From Candidatus Parcubacteria bacterium (GTDB lineage Bacteria > Patescibacteriota > Minisyncoccia > Phycocordibacterales > PALSA-1337), in contig CAVYBN010000007.1 of the NCBI GenBank assembly GCA_963766795.1, positions 54,389 to 118,388 on the forward strand: 64,000 nucleotides of DNA, written 5' to 3'. The position numbers and the translations under genes are program-made. The notes beneath the pieces were generated by a model. It was not told the origin of the DNA. It saw nothing but the letters and a program-made list of their open reading frames with translations, and searched no databases. Shown here one piece after another: positions 22,263 to 32,731 of the stretch. The first letter of the stretch is position 1. Every line of letters begins with the position of its first letter.

Positions 22263-23231
22263 GGACTTGCGCCTGGCGATCAACTTGTCCGCCAATCTCC
22301 TTATGGGCCGGATTTTCAATGCATACCTCACGATCACGGAATGATGAAAATCGAAAAGATTCATATGGTAATGGTAAAGCAGGACCCAGCGAGCATAGTT
22401 AATGTATTTACTGAAAACGAGCTTGCTGAACGCAAAGGAATATTCACTGGAACCGTTGATGTACGCCGCGCAGATCACGACACCCGAATCTACAGTGCCG
22501 ATCATGCTTTTACATCTCGCCAATGAAAAGAGATCCATGATGAAATCCTCGCCGTTGGTCTCCCTAAAATGGTCTTTAGAATAATGCGAGTCATTCGAGA
22601 TCACCGTACAGCCGATCTCGCGCAGCTTGTCCGACCATATCGCGTTCCATTCTCCGCTGTCGGACGCCAGATATACCCTGCCGCCGGCGTTATCAGCCAT
22701 GAATCCGCGCGCCTCCTCTTCGATGATCTCGTTGATCTTCTTCAACTGGCTCGGGACTATGGCGTACGGCGTTATACAGTCCGTGACTTTGGCGACGAAT
22801 TTATCCGTCATGCGTATGTGGATCCCGAGGCAATCGCTTCCGACCTCGAGCTTATCGATCTTTTGTATGATGCGAGAGATCGGTCTTACCCTTTTATAAC
22901 AGTTTACCCACAGCTTCAAGAATCCCTTATCCGATATGTTCAGGTCCTTCGGCTTGTTGCACCTGACGAATTTCAGGCTCGGTTTGATGCTCGGCTCAAA
23001 GCCGTAGTCTATGCCGTCTAAGGACACATCTTTTACTTCGTCATTCCACGGCTTAGCTTGCAACCCCTCTATCTCGCAGAATTCCAAGAATTCGAAGGGT
23101 CCGGCGTGCGACTTCTCTTCTTTTATGTAAAGAACGGGATCGTTCTTGAGCGTCGCTGCGGCTATGTAAAAAGTCAACAGCTTCAATCTGTCGCAGAAAC
23201 CGTTCCTGATTATCGAGAGGTCAGCGATCAT
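22254..23231 (-). CDS. Hypothetical protein (325 aa), possibly a GT11/GT23-type glycosyltransferase-like fold (weak HIRMTD motif)
   Basis: A long non-overlapping ORF with codon usage like its neighbours. Only a weak resemblance to the fucosyltransferase H.RRGD motif. Confidence 0.3.
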   Translation of the reverse strand: MIADLSIIRNGFCDRLKLLTFYIAAATLKNDPVLYIKEEKSHAGPFEFLEFCEIEGLQAKPWNDEVKDVSLDGIDYGFEPSIKPSLKFVRCNKPKDLNISDKGFLKLWVNCYKRVRPISRIIQKIDKLEVGSDCLGIHIRMTDKFVAKVTDCITPYAIVPSQLKKINEIIEEEARGFMADNAGGRVYLASDSGEWNAIWSDKLREIGCTVISNDSHYSKDHFRETNGEDFIMDLFSLARCKSMIGTVDSGVVICAAYINGSSEYSFAFSKLVFSKYINYARWVLLYHYHMNLFDFHHSVIVRYALKIRPIRRLADKLIARRKSRN

Positions 23232-23254
23232 TTATTTTAACTATTTTAACATGG

Positions 23255-23400
23255 TAAAAATCCCAAATCCCAGAAATCAAACTCCAGAAAAGCTTCAGAA
23301 TTCAAATTCCAAAAAGTCTGCTTTTTGATTATTGTAATTTGAATTTTGAGATTTCTCTGGAACTTGTGATTTGAATTTTGAGATTTTATTAGGAATTAGG
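23255..23400. repeat. Family-E AT-rich palindromic intergenic element (second copy)
   Basis: aaaatcccaaatcccagaaatcaaactccagaaaagcttcagaattcaaattccaaaaagtctgctttttgattattgtaatttgaattttgagatttctctggaacttgtgatttgaattttgag. Confidence 0.65.
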
Positions 23401-23428
23401 TAATTAGGTCAATTAGAAATTCTTGATC

Positions 23429-25363
23429 TTAATTCCTTATATCGTACATACGTGAGTAGTAAGTCTCCTTGTCCTTGAGCAATTCCACTGGTTTGCCCGA
23501 TTCAACAATCTTCCCGCCGTCAAGGACCAGGAGCTGGTCGCTGTGCGCCACGGTCGAGAGGCGATGCGCGATAATGACGATGGTCATCTTGCCTTTCAAT
23601 CCTTCGATCGCCTGCTGTATGTATTTCTCCGACTCGCCGTCGAGCGCGCTAGTAGCCTCATCGAGAAGCAGGATCTCCGGCTTGCGCGCCAAGGCGCGCG
23701 CGATGGCGATGCGCTGGCGCTGACCGCCGGAAAGCCGCGTTCCGCGCTCCCCGACTATGGTATCCAATCCCTCCGGCAATCCGGATACGAAATCTTTCAA
23801 ATAAGCTGCTTCGACGGCGCTTTCGATATCGGCGTCATTCACATTCGAATCATGGAATCGGATATTATTGCTAATCGTGTCGTTCAATAGGAATGCGTCT
23901 TGCGGCACATAAGCGATCGAATGGCGCCACTGCGAAAGATTCGTGACATTGATATCTTTGCCGTCGATCGTAATAATTCCAGCCGTAGGTTTTAACAATC
24001 TCAAAATAAGATCGAACACGGTCGTCTTCCCCGCACCGGACTTGCCGATGATCCCAATGGTATTCCCTTTCGGGACCGTGAATGAGAGCCCTTTGAGCAC
24101 ATATTCGCCGAGCGTTTGCTCTCCAGAACCACTGTTTGCTTTCGTCCAATTTTCTTCAGCTTGCCTCCCTTTAATCTGTTCCTTTTCCGCGTACGCGAAC
24201 GACACGCCTTCAAAACGAAGCTCCTTTTTGAAACTGAAAGGTGTTCCGTCAGTCCCGCGCGCGGGTTCGGCGTAGCGCGCGGCCTGATCGCGGTATTCTA
24301 GCACGCCTTGGACGAACGGCACCGCTCCGCTGATATTCTGGGCATATTGTTGGAGACTTTGGATATAATCGAACATCTTTTGGATTAGATATACCACCGC
24401 CGCCAATGCGCCCAGATTGTAGGCCGTGCGATAGTACGCGAAAGCCACCACCAGCGAGATGAAGACGATGCCTATCGGCTGGATGAACGACACCGTCAAG
24501 TTCTGGATCATGTACTGGCGCATCTGAAGCCTCCGCAACGCTTCAAAATTTCTGGAGGAAAAATCAATGAAAGGCTTCTCATTGCCCGCCGCCTTGATAC
24601 ACTTCATGCCGCCTATGCTCTCGTTGACCTGATGTGAGATCTCCTTATTCAGGCGCTCGGTTTCGGCCGAGTACCGCCGCACCTTGAAAATGAACGGTTT
24701 GAAGACGAAGAAGATGGCCCCTCCAAGGATGAGCGTCATCACGGTGACGGTCTTGGAAATATTCAAGGCCACGATAAGATACATCAGGAAGCCTCCGATT
24801 ATTCCCACGGACGAAGTGACGGTATCCAAAAGGACGCCGCTCTGCGAGACGTCGGTCATGATGACCGTCTCCAGATGCCCCAGCTTCTGCTTCGAAAGAT
24901 AAGGCCAATCGGCCGAGAGCGTCTCGCGGTAGAGCTGGTCCATGGTCTTACGCTGATATCCCGTCCGAATCAGATTACGGATATAATTCAAATAACAGGT
25001 GAGACCGGCGCTGCCGGCGAACATCAGGCAGATGAAGACGAGCAATGATGGCAATGTGAGCGGGATGTGCGCGATCGCGAAAAGGTTCCTGATGAAGTTC
25101 GTGATGGAGTCGGTCCCGATGCGATCAGTGCCGTTGACAAAGAAGGAGAAGAGCGGGATGAGCGCATTCGCCCCGACCGCTTGAAAGAGACCGCTTAAGA
25201 CGCCGAGGACTGAAAGCAAGACGATCTGCTTCTTGTACGCACCGAAGGCGCGCCTGGCCAGCTTTAGAGCGGCCAAGAGACGAGATGCGCCGGATAGGAA
25301 CGGATTACGGTTCGACATGGCCTTATTTATACGCCAAAAACGGTCGCGTGTCCACAAAAGCAA
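23429..25363 (-). CDS. ABC transporter, fused permease/ATP-binding exporter (MsbA-like type I exporter)
   Basis: Six N-terminal TM helices, then an NBD with Walker A GKSGAGKTT, signature LSGGQRQRIAIARAL and Walker B ILLLDEATSALD. A ~35-aa insertion lies in the NBD N-terminus. Confidence 0.9.
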   Translation of the reverse strand: MLLWTRDRFWRINKAMSNRNPFLSGASRLLAALKLARRAFGAYKKQIVLLSVLGVLSGLFQAVGANALIPLFSFFVNGTDRIGTDSITNFIRNLFAIAHIPLTLPSLLVFICLMFAGSAGLTCYLNYIRNLIRTGYQRKTMDQLYRETLSADWPYLSKQKLGHLETVIMTDVSQSGVLLDTVTSSVGIIGGFLMYLIVALNISKTVTVMTLILGGAIFFVFKPFIFKVRRYSAETERLNKEISHQVNESIGGMKCIKAAGNEKPFIDFSSRNFEALRRLQMRQYMIQNLTVSFIQPIGIVFISLVVAFAYYRTAYNLGALAAVVYLIQKMFDYIQSLQQYAQNISGAVPFVQGVLEYRDQAARYAEPARGTDGTPFSFKKELRFEGVSFAYAEKEQIKGRQAEENWTKANSGSGEQTLGEYVLKGLSFTVPKGNTIGIIGKSGAGKTTVFDLILRLLKPTAGIITIDGKDINVTNLSQWRHSIAYVPQDAFLLNDTISNNIRFHDSNVNDADIESAVEAAYLKDFVSGLPEGLDTIVGERGTRLSGGQRQRIAIARALARKPEILLLDEATSALDGESEKYIQQAIEGLKGKMTIVIIAHRLSTVAHSDQLLVLDGGKIVESGKPVELLKDKETYYSRMYDIRN

Positions 25364-25453
25364 TCGGACTACAAACCCATGACTTTATCATTCCACCAGA
25401 GTAAGATAGAGTCACAAGCAATTTCATCCTTTGGACGAAAATGCCTATAGCGC

Positions 25454-26386
25454 ATGAAGAAAGAAAGAAAAACAGTCGTTTTCGCCAAAGACGCCCTCAA
25501 TAAGATGATCGGGGGCGGCTTTGATCTTTTGATCGGAAAGAATATGCCGTCAGGCCATATGTGGCCGCCGACGAATTATAAAAAGCGGAGTCCTTTACGC
25601 TATCGATTCATCGAGAGGCCGCTTGCCGAGCACGGAGTCTTCATTCCGCAGAGATCTCCCAAAGACGGGAGTCAGTTCAAGACATTCAACGACGAACACA
25701 GGATATTGGATGGATTGCTCGATTCCTTGTCTGTACCGATCATCCGGTATTATGTCGACATCGGAGCCGCCGATGGGATCGACATGTCAAATACCTATCT
25801 CCTGGCTGCAAACGGATGGCACGGGCTTTCTATCGAAATGGACGCGAACGCATTCGCGGCATTGTCAGTCACATATCAATGTCTTCCGAATATCGACCTG
25901 GTCCGATCAGGGGTGACTCCTGAAAATATAGCGAGCTTGCTCACATATGCCGAGGTTCCCTCGGACTTCGGCGTATTGAGCCTCGATATCGATGGATACG
26001 ATTTCTATGTCTTGCAAGAGATCTTGAAGGCGCATCGTCCGCAGGTGATCATAGCCGAGATCAATCCATCGATCCCCGCGAGCGTATGCGTCTCTTTGAA
26101 ATATTCGGGATCTTTCTTCTGGACAGGACAGACCTTTGTCGGGATGAGCGTGGCCATGCTCAAAGGGCTGGCCGACGAGCATGATTACGGCATAGTCGAG
26201 GTAAACGGATGCGCGGCATTTTTGATGCCAAACGAGATCATCCGGGGGCATACGAGACTGAGCTTGGAAGAGATGGACGCAAAGATAGTATCAACGAACC
26301 CTGATATCGACCCCGTGCTGCGCAAGGAATTGAACGCGTCTCCGTCAAAGACGCTCGACTATGTTTCGAATGTCCTGTTCAAATAA
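25454..26386 (+). CDS. FkbM-family methyltransferase-like protein
   Basis: YYVDIGAADGIDMSNTYLLAANGWHGLSIE ... LSLDIDGYDFYVLQEIL matches the Methyltransf_21 pattern (DIGAN.G, ..D.EG.E..VL). Confidence 0.5.
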   Translation: MKKERKTVVFAKDALNKMIGGGFDLLIGKNMPSGHMWPPTNYKKRSPLRYRFIERPLAEHGVFIPQRSPKDGSQFKTFNDEHRILDGLLDSLSVPIIRYYVDIGAADGIDMSNTYLLAANGWHGLSIEMDANAFAALSVTYQCLPNIDLVRSGVTPENIASLLTYAEVPSDFGVLSLDIDGYDFYVLQEILKAHRPQVIIAEINPSIPASVCVSLKYSGSFFWTGQTFVGMSVAMLKGLADEHDYGIVEVNGCAAFLMPNEIIRGHTRLSLEEMDAKIVSTNPDIDPVLRKELNASPSKTLDYVSNVLFK

Positions 26387-26420
26387 GAACCGACAGACGG
26401 ATATGTCTTGACCGCCTTAT

Positions 26421-27296
26421 ATGATCACGACGAAACTTAAAAAAGTGATAGAAAACAGGAGAGGCTCGCGCAATCGCGTCGACATCGCGCTTGTTCGGAT
26501 CAAGGACTCTCTGTGGCTTTTTTCGCACAAGACATTGCCATGGATGTCGGATCAGGCCGCGCGGGTGATGCTGCCGTTCTGTGGTAAGAAGCTGCTGCAA
26601 CAGCTCACTCCTTTCGCAGTGACCGGATTCCAAGACAAGATACGGCTCGGCAATCCGTCTGACGGAGGTTATGTAATACCAAAGGATATATTGCCGCTTA
26701 TTCAGTCAGTCTACACATATGGAGTCGAGAATGACGTAAGTTTTGAAGAAGACCTGATAAAGATGGCCTCTGTTCCAGTCAGACTGTATGATCATACCAT
26801 CGATGCTTTGCCGGTAAATAATAAGAATTTCTTTTTCAAGAAGCAAGGGATCGCAAGGAACAAACATGGAGCATTCGACACTTTCAGAAATCACGTGATC
26901 GAGAACGGCGATACGGACAAACGGATCCTCTTAAAGATCGACATAGAGGGACATGAATGGGACGTAATCTCTGACATAATAGATACCGAATATAAGAATA
27001 TAGTAGCGATCATATTAGAGATGCACGGATTTGATCGGTACGCGTACACGCGAAAGTACATCCGTGTCCTGAAAAAGATCAATTCCAGATTCACGCTAGT
27101 CCATATCCATGGGAATAATACATGCGGAGTTATCAAGGTTTCCGGTAAAAAGATACCTATCTTATGCGAATTGACTCTGATCAACAACCGGCTTGTCAGC
27201 GAAAGGAAGGCTCTTAATGAACAGCTTCCTTCTCGCGTAGATCGTCCGAATCAACCGCACTTAGAGGATATAGTCTTGGATTTCTGGAAGAAATAG
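26421..27296 (+). CDS. FkbM-family methyltransferase-like protein (paralogue)
   Basis: LGNPSDGGYVIPKD ... KIDIEGHEWDVISDII. Confidence 0.5.
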   Translation: MITTKLKKVIENRRGSRNRVDIALVRIKDSLWLFSHKTLPWMSDQAARVMLPFCGKKLLQQLTPFAVTGFQDKIRLGNPSDGGYVIPKDILPLIQSVYTYGVENDVSFEEDLIKMASVPVRLYDHTIDALPVNNKNFFFKKQGIARNKHGAFDTFRNHVIENGDTDKRILLKIDIEGHEWDVISDIIDTEYKNIVAIILEMHGFDRYAYTRKYIRVLKKINSRFTLVHIHGNNTCGVIKVSGKKIPILCELTLINNRLVSERKALNEQLPSRVDRPNQPHLEDIVLDFWKK

Positions 27297-27313
27297 TCCT
27301 ATAATCCAGACCT

Positions 27314-27991
27314 ATGACCTACAAAGACAGAGTAAAAAGGTTCGCCAACAAGGTACGCTACGAGAATATCTCGAGCCTGGGCTCATCGGGCTTGAAGATA
27401 TACGCCGTCTGCATCAGGCCTTTCTGGTCAAAAGAACGGAGGCTTTTCTTCGAGGGCAGCCCGCACTTGCCTGAAGGCCAGCTGCATGTCGCAGACCGGC
27501 GCGCCATGTACAAGACCTTAGTCGAGCGCCGGCCAAAGCAGTGCGTAGAGATCGGCATGTGCATGGGCGGAGGTAGCACTTTCTTCATGGCGCTGGCATT
27601 CGAGAAGATCGGTAGCGGCCACGTCGTCAGTACGGAAGCATATAACCCGAACTATCAGACGGCGGTGGAAAGATACCGGAAGGGTCTGCCCGGGCTTGCG
27701 CACAGGATCACCTTCATCAACACTGATTCGACGGAGCCTCTCGTCAAATACGTCAAAGACGGGGTCGGGTCTTTCTTCCTAGACGGAGCCGAGGATGCCG
27801 AGGAGTCCGAAGGACAATACAGGTTCTTCCTTCCCTATTGCCGGAGCGGGGACATATTCATGGCGCATGACTGGCGCTCCGAAAAGATGCGCCTCGTCAG
27901 GCCTCTGGTCGAAGCGGACCCGCGTTGGAAAAAGCTGGTGTCGTTGGAACCGCCGCAGAGCCTCGGATTCGTCATATACATGCGCGAATAA
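27314..27991 (+). CDS. Class-I SAM-dependent O-methyltransferase (TylF/CmcI-like)
   Basis: VEIGMCMGGGSTFF glycine-rich SAM motif. The size (225 aa) fits macrocin-O-MT-like sugar O-methyltransferases. Confidence 0.55.
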   Translation: MTYKDRVKRFANKVRYENISSLGSSGLKIYAVCIRPFWSKERRLFFEGSPHLPEGQLHVADRRAMYKTLVERRPKQCVEIGMCMGGGSTFFMALAFEKIGSGHVVSTEAYNPNYQTAVERYRKGLPGLAHRITFINTDSTEPLVKYVKDGVGSFFLDGAEDAEESEGQYRFFLPYCRSGDIFMAHDWRSEKMRLVRPLVEADPRWKKLVSLEPPQSLGFVIYMRE

Positions 27992-28011
27992 AAGTCATAT
28001 ACTGTCGGCAT

Positions 28012-28998
28012 ATGTCATCGGACGCGCACAGCCGCTCAGAGATCGCTTTCGAGCGCCGACGCTTTGCCGTAAAGCACGCGCTTTTCAGTTTGCGCGCCAA
28101 GATCACCAGCAATTACAAGCCTTCGAGCTATCCCTTTGTATCCGGCGACGGCTTCCGGGCTTTGGCTCGATTAAGATTCGATTCGATTGAGGACGTCGAA
28201 GCGGCTTCAAATGACGCGTCATTCAAAGTCGGCAAAGGAGACATCGTCTTCGTGGCCAACTCCATAGTCAAAGACTTCTTTGAGAAAGTGCATCCCGATA
28301 TATCCGATCCTTACGTCCTCATCACTCATAATGGCGACGATAATGTCAATGAAGATTACTTTAGATTCATCGACAGCAAGATCATCCGATGGTTCGCACA
28401 AAATGTCTTGGTTAGCCACCTAAAAGTGACGCCAATTCCGATAGGATTAGAGAATCTGCATTATTATCAGAACGGCATTATCTCATATTTTAAAGCTATG
28501 CGGAAAAAACTCGAGAAGAACGGCTCGACAAATAATGACCTTGAAAGAAAAGCGCGGATCTTCTATCACTTCAAAGTCAGGACAAATTCAGGCGAGAGAC
28601 AGCCGGCATTTGATTACTTCAATCGTAATCAACTGGCAGAAACGATCGAGGATAAACTATCGCCATGGCTGTATCTCAATAAGCTCTCAAGATATATGTT
28701 CGTGGCTTCTCCGCCAGGGAACGGTGTGGATTGCCACCGAACTTGGGAAGCCTTATATTTAAGGACTATTCCAATCGTTAAAGACTCGCCAGCCATGCGG
28801 TCGTTCACGGAGCTCGGCTTGCCGTTGTGGATAGTCAGAGAATGGAGCGAGCTCGACGGCTTGGCCGAAGACGATCTTGCTCAAAAATATGATATCCTGA
28901 TGAAAACAGCCGATTGGGAAGCTTTGAATATGGATCATTGGACGGCGCTGACAAGGAAAGCCGCTTATTCTAATTATAACGAAAAAGAACATGCCTAA
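28012..28998 (+). CDS. Exostosin(GT47)-like glycosyltransferase (start reassigned to MSSDAHSR)
   Basis: FVASPPGNGVDCHRTWEALYLRTIPIV matches the GT47 C-terminal motif pattern F.L.P.G....R..EAL..G.IPV. Confidence 0.45.
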   Translation: MSSDAHSRSEIAFERRRFAVKHALFSLRAKITSNYKPSSYPFVSGDGFRALARLRFDSIEDVEAASNDASFKVGKGDIVFVANSIVKDFFEKVHPDISDPYVLITHNGDDNVNEDYFRFIDSKIIRWFAQNVLVSHLKVTPIPIGLENLHYYQNGIISYFKAMRKKLEKNGSTNNDLERKARIFYHFKVRTNSGERQPAFDYFNRNQLAETIEDKLSPWLYLNKLSRYMFVASPPGNGVDCHRTWEALYLRTIPIVKDSPAMRSFTELGLPLWIVREWSELDGLAEDDLAQKYDILMKTADWEALNMDHWTALTRKAAYSNYNEKEHA

Positions 28999-29815
28999 AA
29001 AGATCAAAGGGGCGTTGAGGAAAGCTTTTGAAGCACGCAAGGCGGCAATGGCATTTTTGAAGCGCAAATCGCGCAAGATGAAGCGCCTATTCGGCGGCAA
29101 AAAAGGCAAGGGCTATACATTCGCCATCACTTGCGTGAAAAAACCGGTCTATGTAAAAATGGCCATAGACAACGCCAATTCGCTTCATTATTTGAATGAA
29201 AACCATTCATTCGTCATATACGCCGACACCGTCTGCCATGAAGAATTCAAAAGGCTTCGGCATAAGCTCGATTACCCTTCACAAGTGGAATGCCGTGACG
29301 CTTTTGGAACGGTCAAAGGGCCTTGGCAATATTGCAAAGTCGATACGATCATCGACGCCGGCCGCAAAGGCCTCGTCTTTACCGACGCTGACGGCATATG
29401 GCACGATGAGCCGACGATCGATCCGGATAAGGTAACTATCTTGGTCTTGGCGTACGCGATAAGAGACGAACCGCTTGAAAGGCGGACGGCAGAGGCGCTT
29501 TTCGAAGAACAAGGGGCTGTTGATCTCAATCATTACGTGCTCGGCTTCCTTTTTGTCCCAATGTCTATGATGACTGAAGCGTTGGCAAACGACATAAAGA
29601 GATTCACAGGCATTCTTCTTGAGGATCCCCTGGCTTTCCTTGACTGTGAAAAGGATCGTCGCACCATCCATCGTCTGGCCGATGAGCTCGGGGTAAGTAT
29701 CGCGCTCCAGATACATTACAAGGATATCGTGACCCTTAAACAAAGCGACGGGCCGAAGAGCTGCGAGCTGTTGCAATCGCTGTACTATGGATGTAAGAAT
29801 GATGTCATCGAGTGA
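28991..29815 (+). CDS. Hypothetical protein in the glycan cluster (274 aa)
   Basis: A clean ORF with 8-nt overlap with the upstream gene. No recognisable motif. Confidence 0.35.
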   Translation: MPKKIKGALRKAFEARKAAMAFLKRKSRKMKRLFGGKKGKGYTFAITCVKKPVYVKMAIDNANSLHYLNENHSFVIYADTVCHEEFKRLRHKLDYPSQVECRDAFGTVKGPWQYCKVDTIIDAGRKGLVFTDADGIWHDEPTIDPDKVTILVLAYAIRDEPLERRTAEALFEEQGAVDLNHYVLGFLFVPMSMMTEALANDIKRFTGILLEDPLAFLDCEKDRRTIHRLADELGVSIALQIHYKDIVTLKQSDGPKSCELLQSLYYGCKNDVIE

Positions 29816-29839
29816 CAGCCCATCCGTTAAAAACCTCCG

Positions 29840-31051
29840 ATGAAACCCCTATCCGTCAACATCCCCTGCTATAACTGCGCCGATACGCTCGAAGAAGCGG
29901 TCGCTTCGATATACAGGCAGGGATTGAGAGATTTCGAGATCGTCATGGTCGACGACGGATCGACTGACGGCACTCGCGGCGTCATGGAATGCCTCGCCAA
30001 GGAGCATCCCGAGATCAGGCTTTTCTTCCACGAGAAGAACAAAGGGGGCGGAGCGGCTCGGAACACAGCGATCAGGAGCTCCAAACACGATCTGATCTAC
30101 TGCCTAGACAGCGACAACATGCTGGGATCGGATTCCCTCTCGCGCATGGTCGCGATGCAGGAGAAGACCGGCGCAGACGGTATTTCCGTCGGAAGATCGA
30201 CGAAATTCGTCGGGCATGACACGGCGCATGTCTCCTCCGTGAACGACTGGTATAACGGCGATGCCCCGATAGGCTTCGAGAGCCTTTTTGAGGATTCTCC
30301 CGGCAAAGATTGCGGCCTTTATTCGACTTTTCTGCACACGAAGAGAGCCTTCGAAATAACGGGCGGATATCCTGAACACCATGGCTTCGACACTCAAGGC
30401 TTCGCTTTTCGATTCCTGTGCAATGGGCTCGTCGCGCGCGCTTGCAAAGATGCGGGAGACTTCCACAGGGTAAAATACGGGCAAAGCTACTACATACGCG
30501 AACATGCAGCCGGGCGAGTCTCTCTAAATTGGTATCTCGTGTACGCGGAATTCATGTATTTGTTCAGCGAAAGCGCGAAGGAAGTCCTGCTTTCAGCCAG
30601 GTTCGACGACCATGATCATCCGCTGTCAAAAAAAATTTTGGCGTGCAAAGAGAGATTCGCGCCAGAGTATAAATCTCTGATAGTCCCCTACGCGAAAAAG
30701 GCATACCGCGAGCGGATTGCTCGGTCCGGCGGGACGAATCCTTATGACGATTATTGGCTGGGAGAAGAATCTCTGCTCGCCGGCGACTTCATTGCGGCTT
30801 CAGGGCATTTTCTGCGCGCGATCAACGGCGGACTCGACTATCCGCGGGCATGCCTGCGGCTGTTAACGACATTGGAACGGGAACAAACCGGTCAAACTCT
30901 CAAAAAAGACATTGCTTTTGAAGGATGGATCTCCGACGTCTTAGATGCCGACCGAATCACGCCGCCGCTAAAAAATAGCGATAGCCTCTGGACGCGCGCG
31001 ACCCGGAAGATCTCCCGCAAGATCTCGGGATCACGAAACTTAAAGATCTGA
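29840..31051 (+). CDS. GT2-family (GT-A fold) glycosyltransferase
   Basis: LSVNIPCYNCADTLEEAVASIYRQGLRDFEIVMVDDGSTDGT ... DSDNML (DXD). Confidence 0.85.
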   Translation: MKPLSVNIPCYNCADTLEEAVASIYRQGLRDFEIVMVDDGSTDGTRGVMECLAKEHPEIRLFFHEKNKGGGAARNTAIRSSKHDLIYCLDSDNMLGSDSLSRMVAMQEKTGADGISVGRSTKFVGHDTAHVSSVNDWYNGDAPIGFESLFEDSPGKDCGLYSTFLHTKRAFEITGGYPEHHGFDTQGFAFRFLCNGLVARACKDAGDFHRVKYGQSYYIREHAAGRVSLNWYLVYAEFMYLFSESAKEVLLSARFDDHDHPLSKKILACKERFAPEYKSLIVPYAKKAYRERIARSGGTNPYDDYWLGEESLLAGDFIAASGHFLRAINGGLDYPRACLRLLTTLEREQTGQTLKKDIAFEGWISDVLDADRITPPLKNSDSLWTRATRKISRKISGSRNLKI

Positions 31052-31053
31052 AA

Positions 31054-31821
31054 ATGACCATGGGAAAAACGCTAGTCTTGAACATCAGATTCGGCGGCCT
31101 CGGCGATCACCTCTTCTACAGCCACATCCCGCGCATCGCTAAGGAGACCGGCACTTATGGCAACGTATACGTCTCCAACCGCTCCGAATTCCGGTCGCCA
31201 GAATATAAACGACTGATATGGGAGAAGAATCCATTCGTGGACGGATTCTCCGATGAGCCGGACACCCAGTTCATCCGCGACATCTCCGAGTTCGAGAAGG
31301 ATCCTATCCATTACAACATCCTCGATACGCTCATGTTCATGCTTGGACTAGACGACGGCAAACGGTTCCATGAGCCGGAGCTATACTACGAGCCCAAGTT
31401 GCGCGCTGACGTGGCAGACGCCGATCTTTATGACCCGAATTATGTCTCGAATATAGGCGAGTTCAGCTCCACTGATCTGGCAAGATGCATGTGGAAGCTT
31501 GGCCTCGCACCCAACGCTCAAATGGCCATGCGCGACCGGAGCATTCCTCTGCCGATCGAAAGGACCGCCACAGCAAAAGACCTTGAGGATTTCTGCGACA
31601 TCGTAAATTCTTGCCATTCTCTATGTTGCCTGACCAGCGGCACGGCCACGCTGGCGGCCGCTCTAGGCAAACCGGCAGTGGCATTCTACGGCGCAGGCCA
31701 ATCAAGAAGATTCCATCATTCGAAGCTACACAGATATGTGTATGTGCCGCAAAGGCCCTTAGCGCGGGCGAGAAGAGCCTTAAGAGGCTGCCTTGGGCGA
31801 TTGCGCGGAAGATTGCGGTGA
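31054..31821 (+). CDS. GT9 (heptosyltransferase)-like glycosyltransferase, short form
   Basis: An N-terminal GGLGDHL and a C-terminal SGTATLAAALGKPAVAFYG resemble GT9 motifs. Confidence 0.45.
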   Translation: MTMGKTLVLNIRFGGLGDHLFYSHIPRIAKETGTYGNVYVSNRSEFRSPEYKRLIWEKNPFVDGFSDEPDTQFIRDISEFEKDPIHYNILDTLMFMLGLDDGKRFHEPELYYEPKLRADVADADLYDPNYVSNIGEFSSTDLARCMWKLGLAPNAQMAMRDRSIPLPIERTATAKDLEDFCDIVNSCHSLCCLTSGTATLAAALGKPAVAFYGAGQSRRFHHSKLHRYVYVPQRPLARARRALRGCLGRLRGRLR

Positions 31822-31872
31822 TTGTTAGAATGATATACTAAACGGGCTGAAATAAAAAAGCATATCAATATC

Positions 31873-32706
31873 ATGATCATCCTTGAAATGGAAGGCGGGC
31901 TCGGCAACCAGATGTTCCAATATGCGTTTGGGAAAGCTTGTTCGGTCAAGCTGAAAGAGCCGTTATTCCTCGACTTGAGCTGGTACAGGAATAAGCACAG
32001 CAAAAGGAAATTTCTGTTGGGTAAAATGAATGTGTCTTTCGACCGCTCTTCCAAGAACCTCTTCTATGTCAAGATATTGCGGCTGGTCAAGAATCCGTCG
32101 GTTTTGAAAGACAACGGATTCTTTGAAGAGAAGAATCTGGGCATTAACGGCAATATCATTCTTGATGGGTTTTGGGAATCGTACAAGTATTTCGAGGACA
32201 TTGTAGGCGAGGTCAAAAAAGAATTCGTGCTAAAAAAACCGTCGGATAGGTTCATCGAGCTTTCAAAGGAGATAAGACCGGATTCGATTGCGATACATGT
32301 CCGGCGCGGCGATTTCCTGGCGCTGACCGACAGCAGGCATCAAAATGGCGTTCCATATTACACGAAAGCTGTTGAATACATCGTGCGAAATAAGAACCTG
32401 ACGAATCCGCAGATCACGATCTTTTCAGATGACCCTAAATGGTGCAAAGAAAAACTGGGATCATTAGCAGGGCAACCAACCGAAGTCTTCGGAGAAAAGC
32501 TGGATTCCGACGCGGAGGAATTGATGCTGATGTCCCTATATGGCAATCAGATCATCTCCAACAGCACTTTTTCCTGGTGGTCAGCTTATTTGAATCCTAG
32601 TCCGGACAAGACGGTCGTCATGCCGAATAATTGGTTCACGGATTCGCTGACAAACCAAAGACATCTTGCCGGGATTCGCGTGCCGGGATGGACAGTGCTT
32701 GAATAG
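31873..32706 (+). CDS. Alpha-1,2-fucosyltransferase (GT11)
   Basis: GGLGNQMFQYAFG and AIHVRRGDFL are the hallmark GT11 motifs I and II. Confidence 0.8.
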   Translation: MIILEMEGGLGNQMFQYAFGKACSVKLKEPLFLDLSWYRNKHSKRKFLLGKMNVSFDRSSKNLFYVKILRLVKNPSVLKDNGFFEEKNLGINGNIILDGFWESYKYFEDIVGEVKKEFVLKKPSDRFIELSKEIRPDSIAIHVRRGDFLALTDSRHQNGVPYYTKAVEYIVRNKNLTNPQITIFSDDPKWCKEKLGSLAGQPTEVFGEKLDSDAEELMLMSLYGNQIISNSTFSWWSAYLNPSPDKTVVMPNNWFTDSLTNQRHLAGIRVPGWTVLE

Positions 32707-32731
32707 CGGTTATGCTAGACTGTGATAATCA

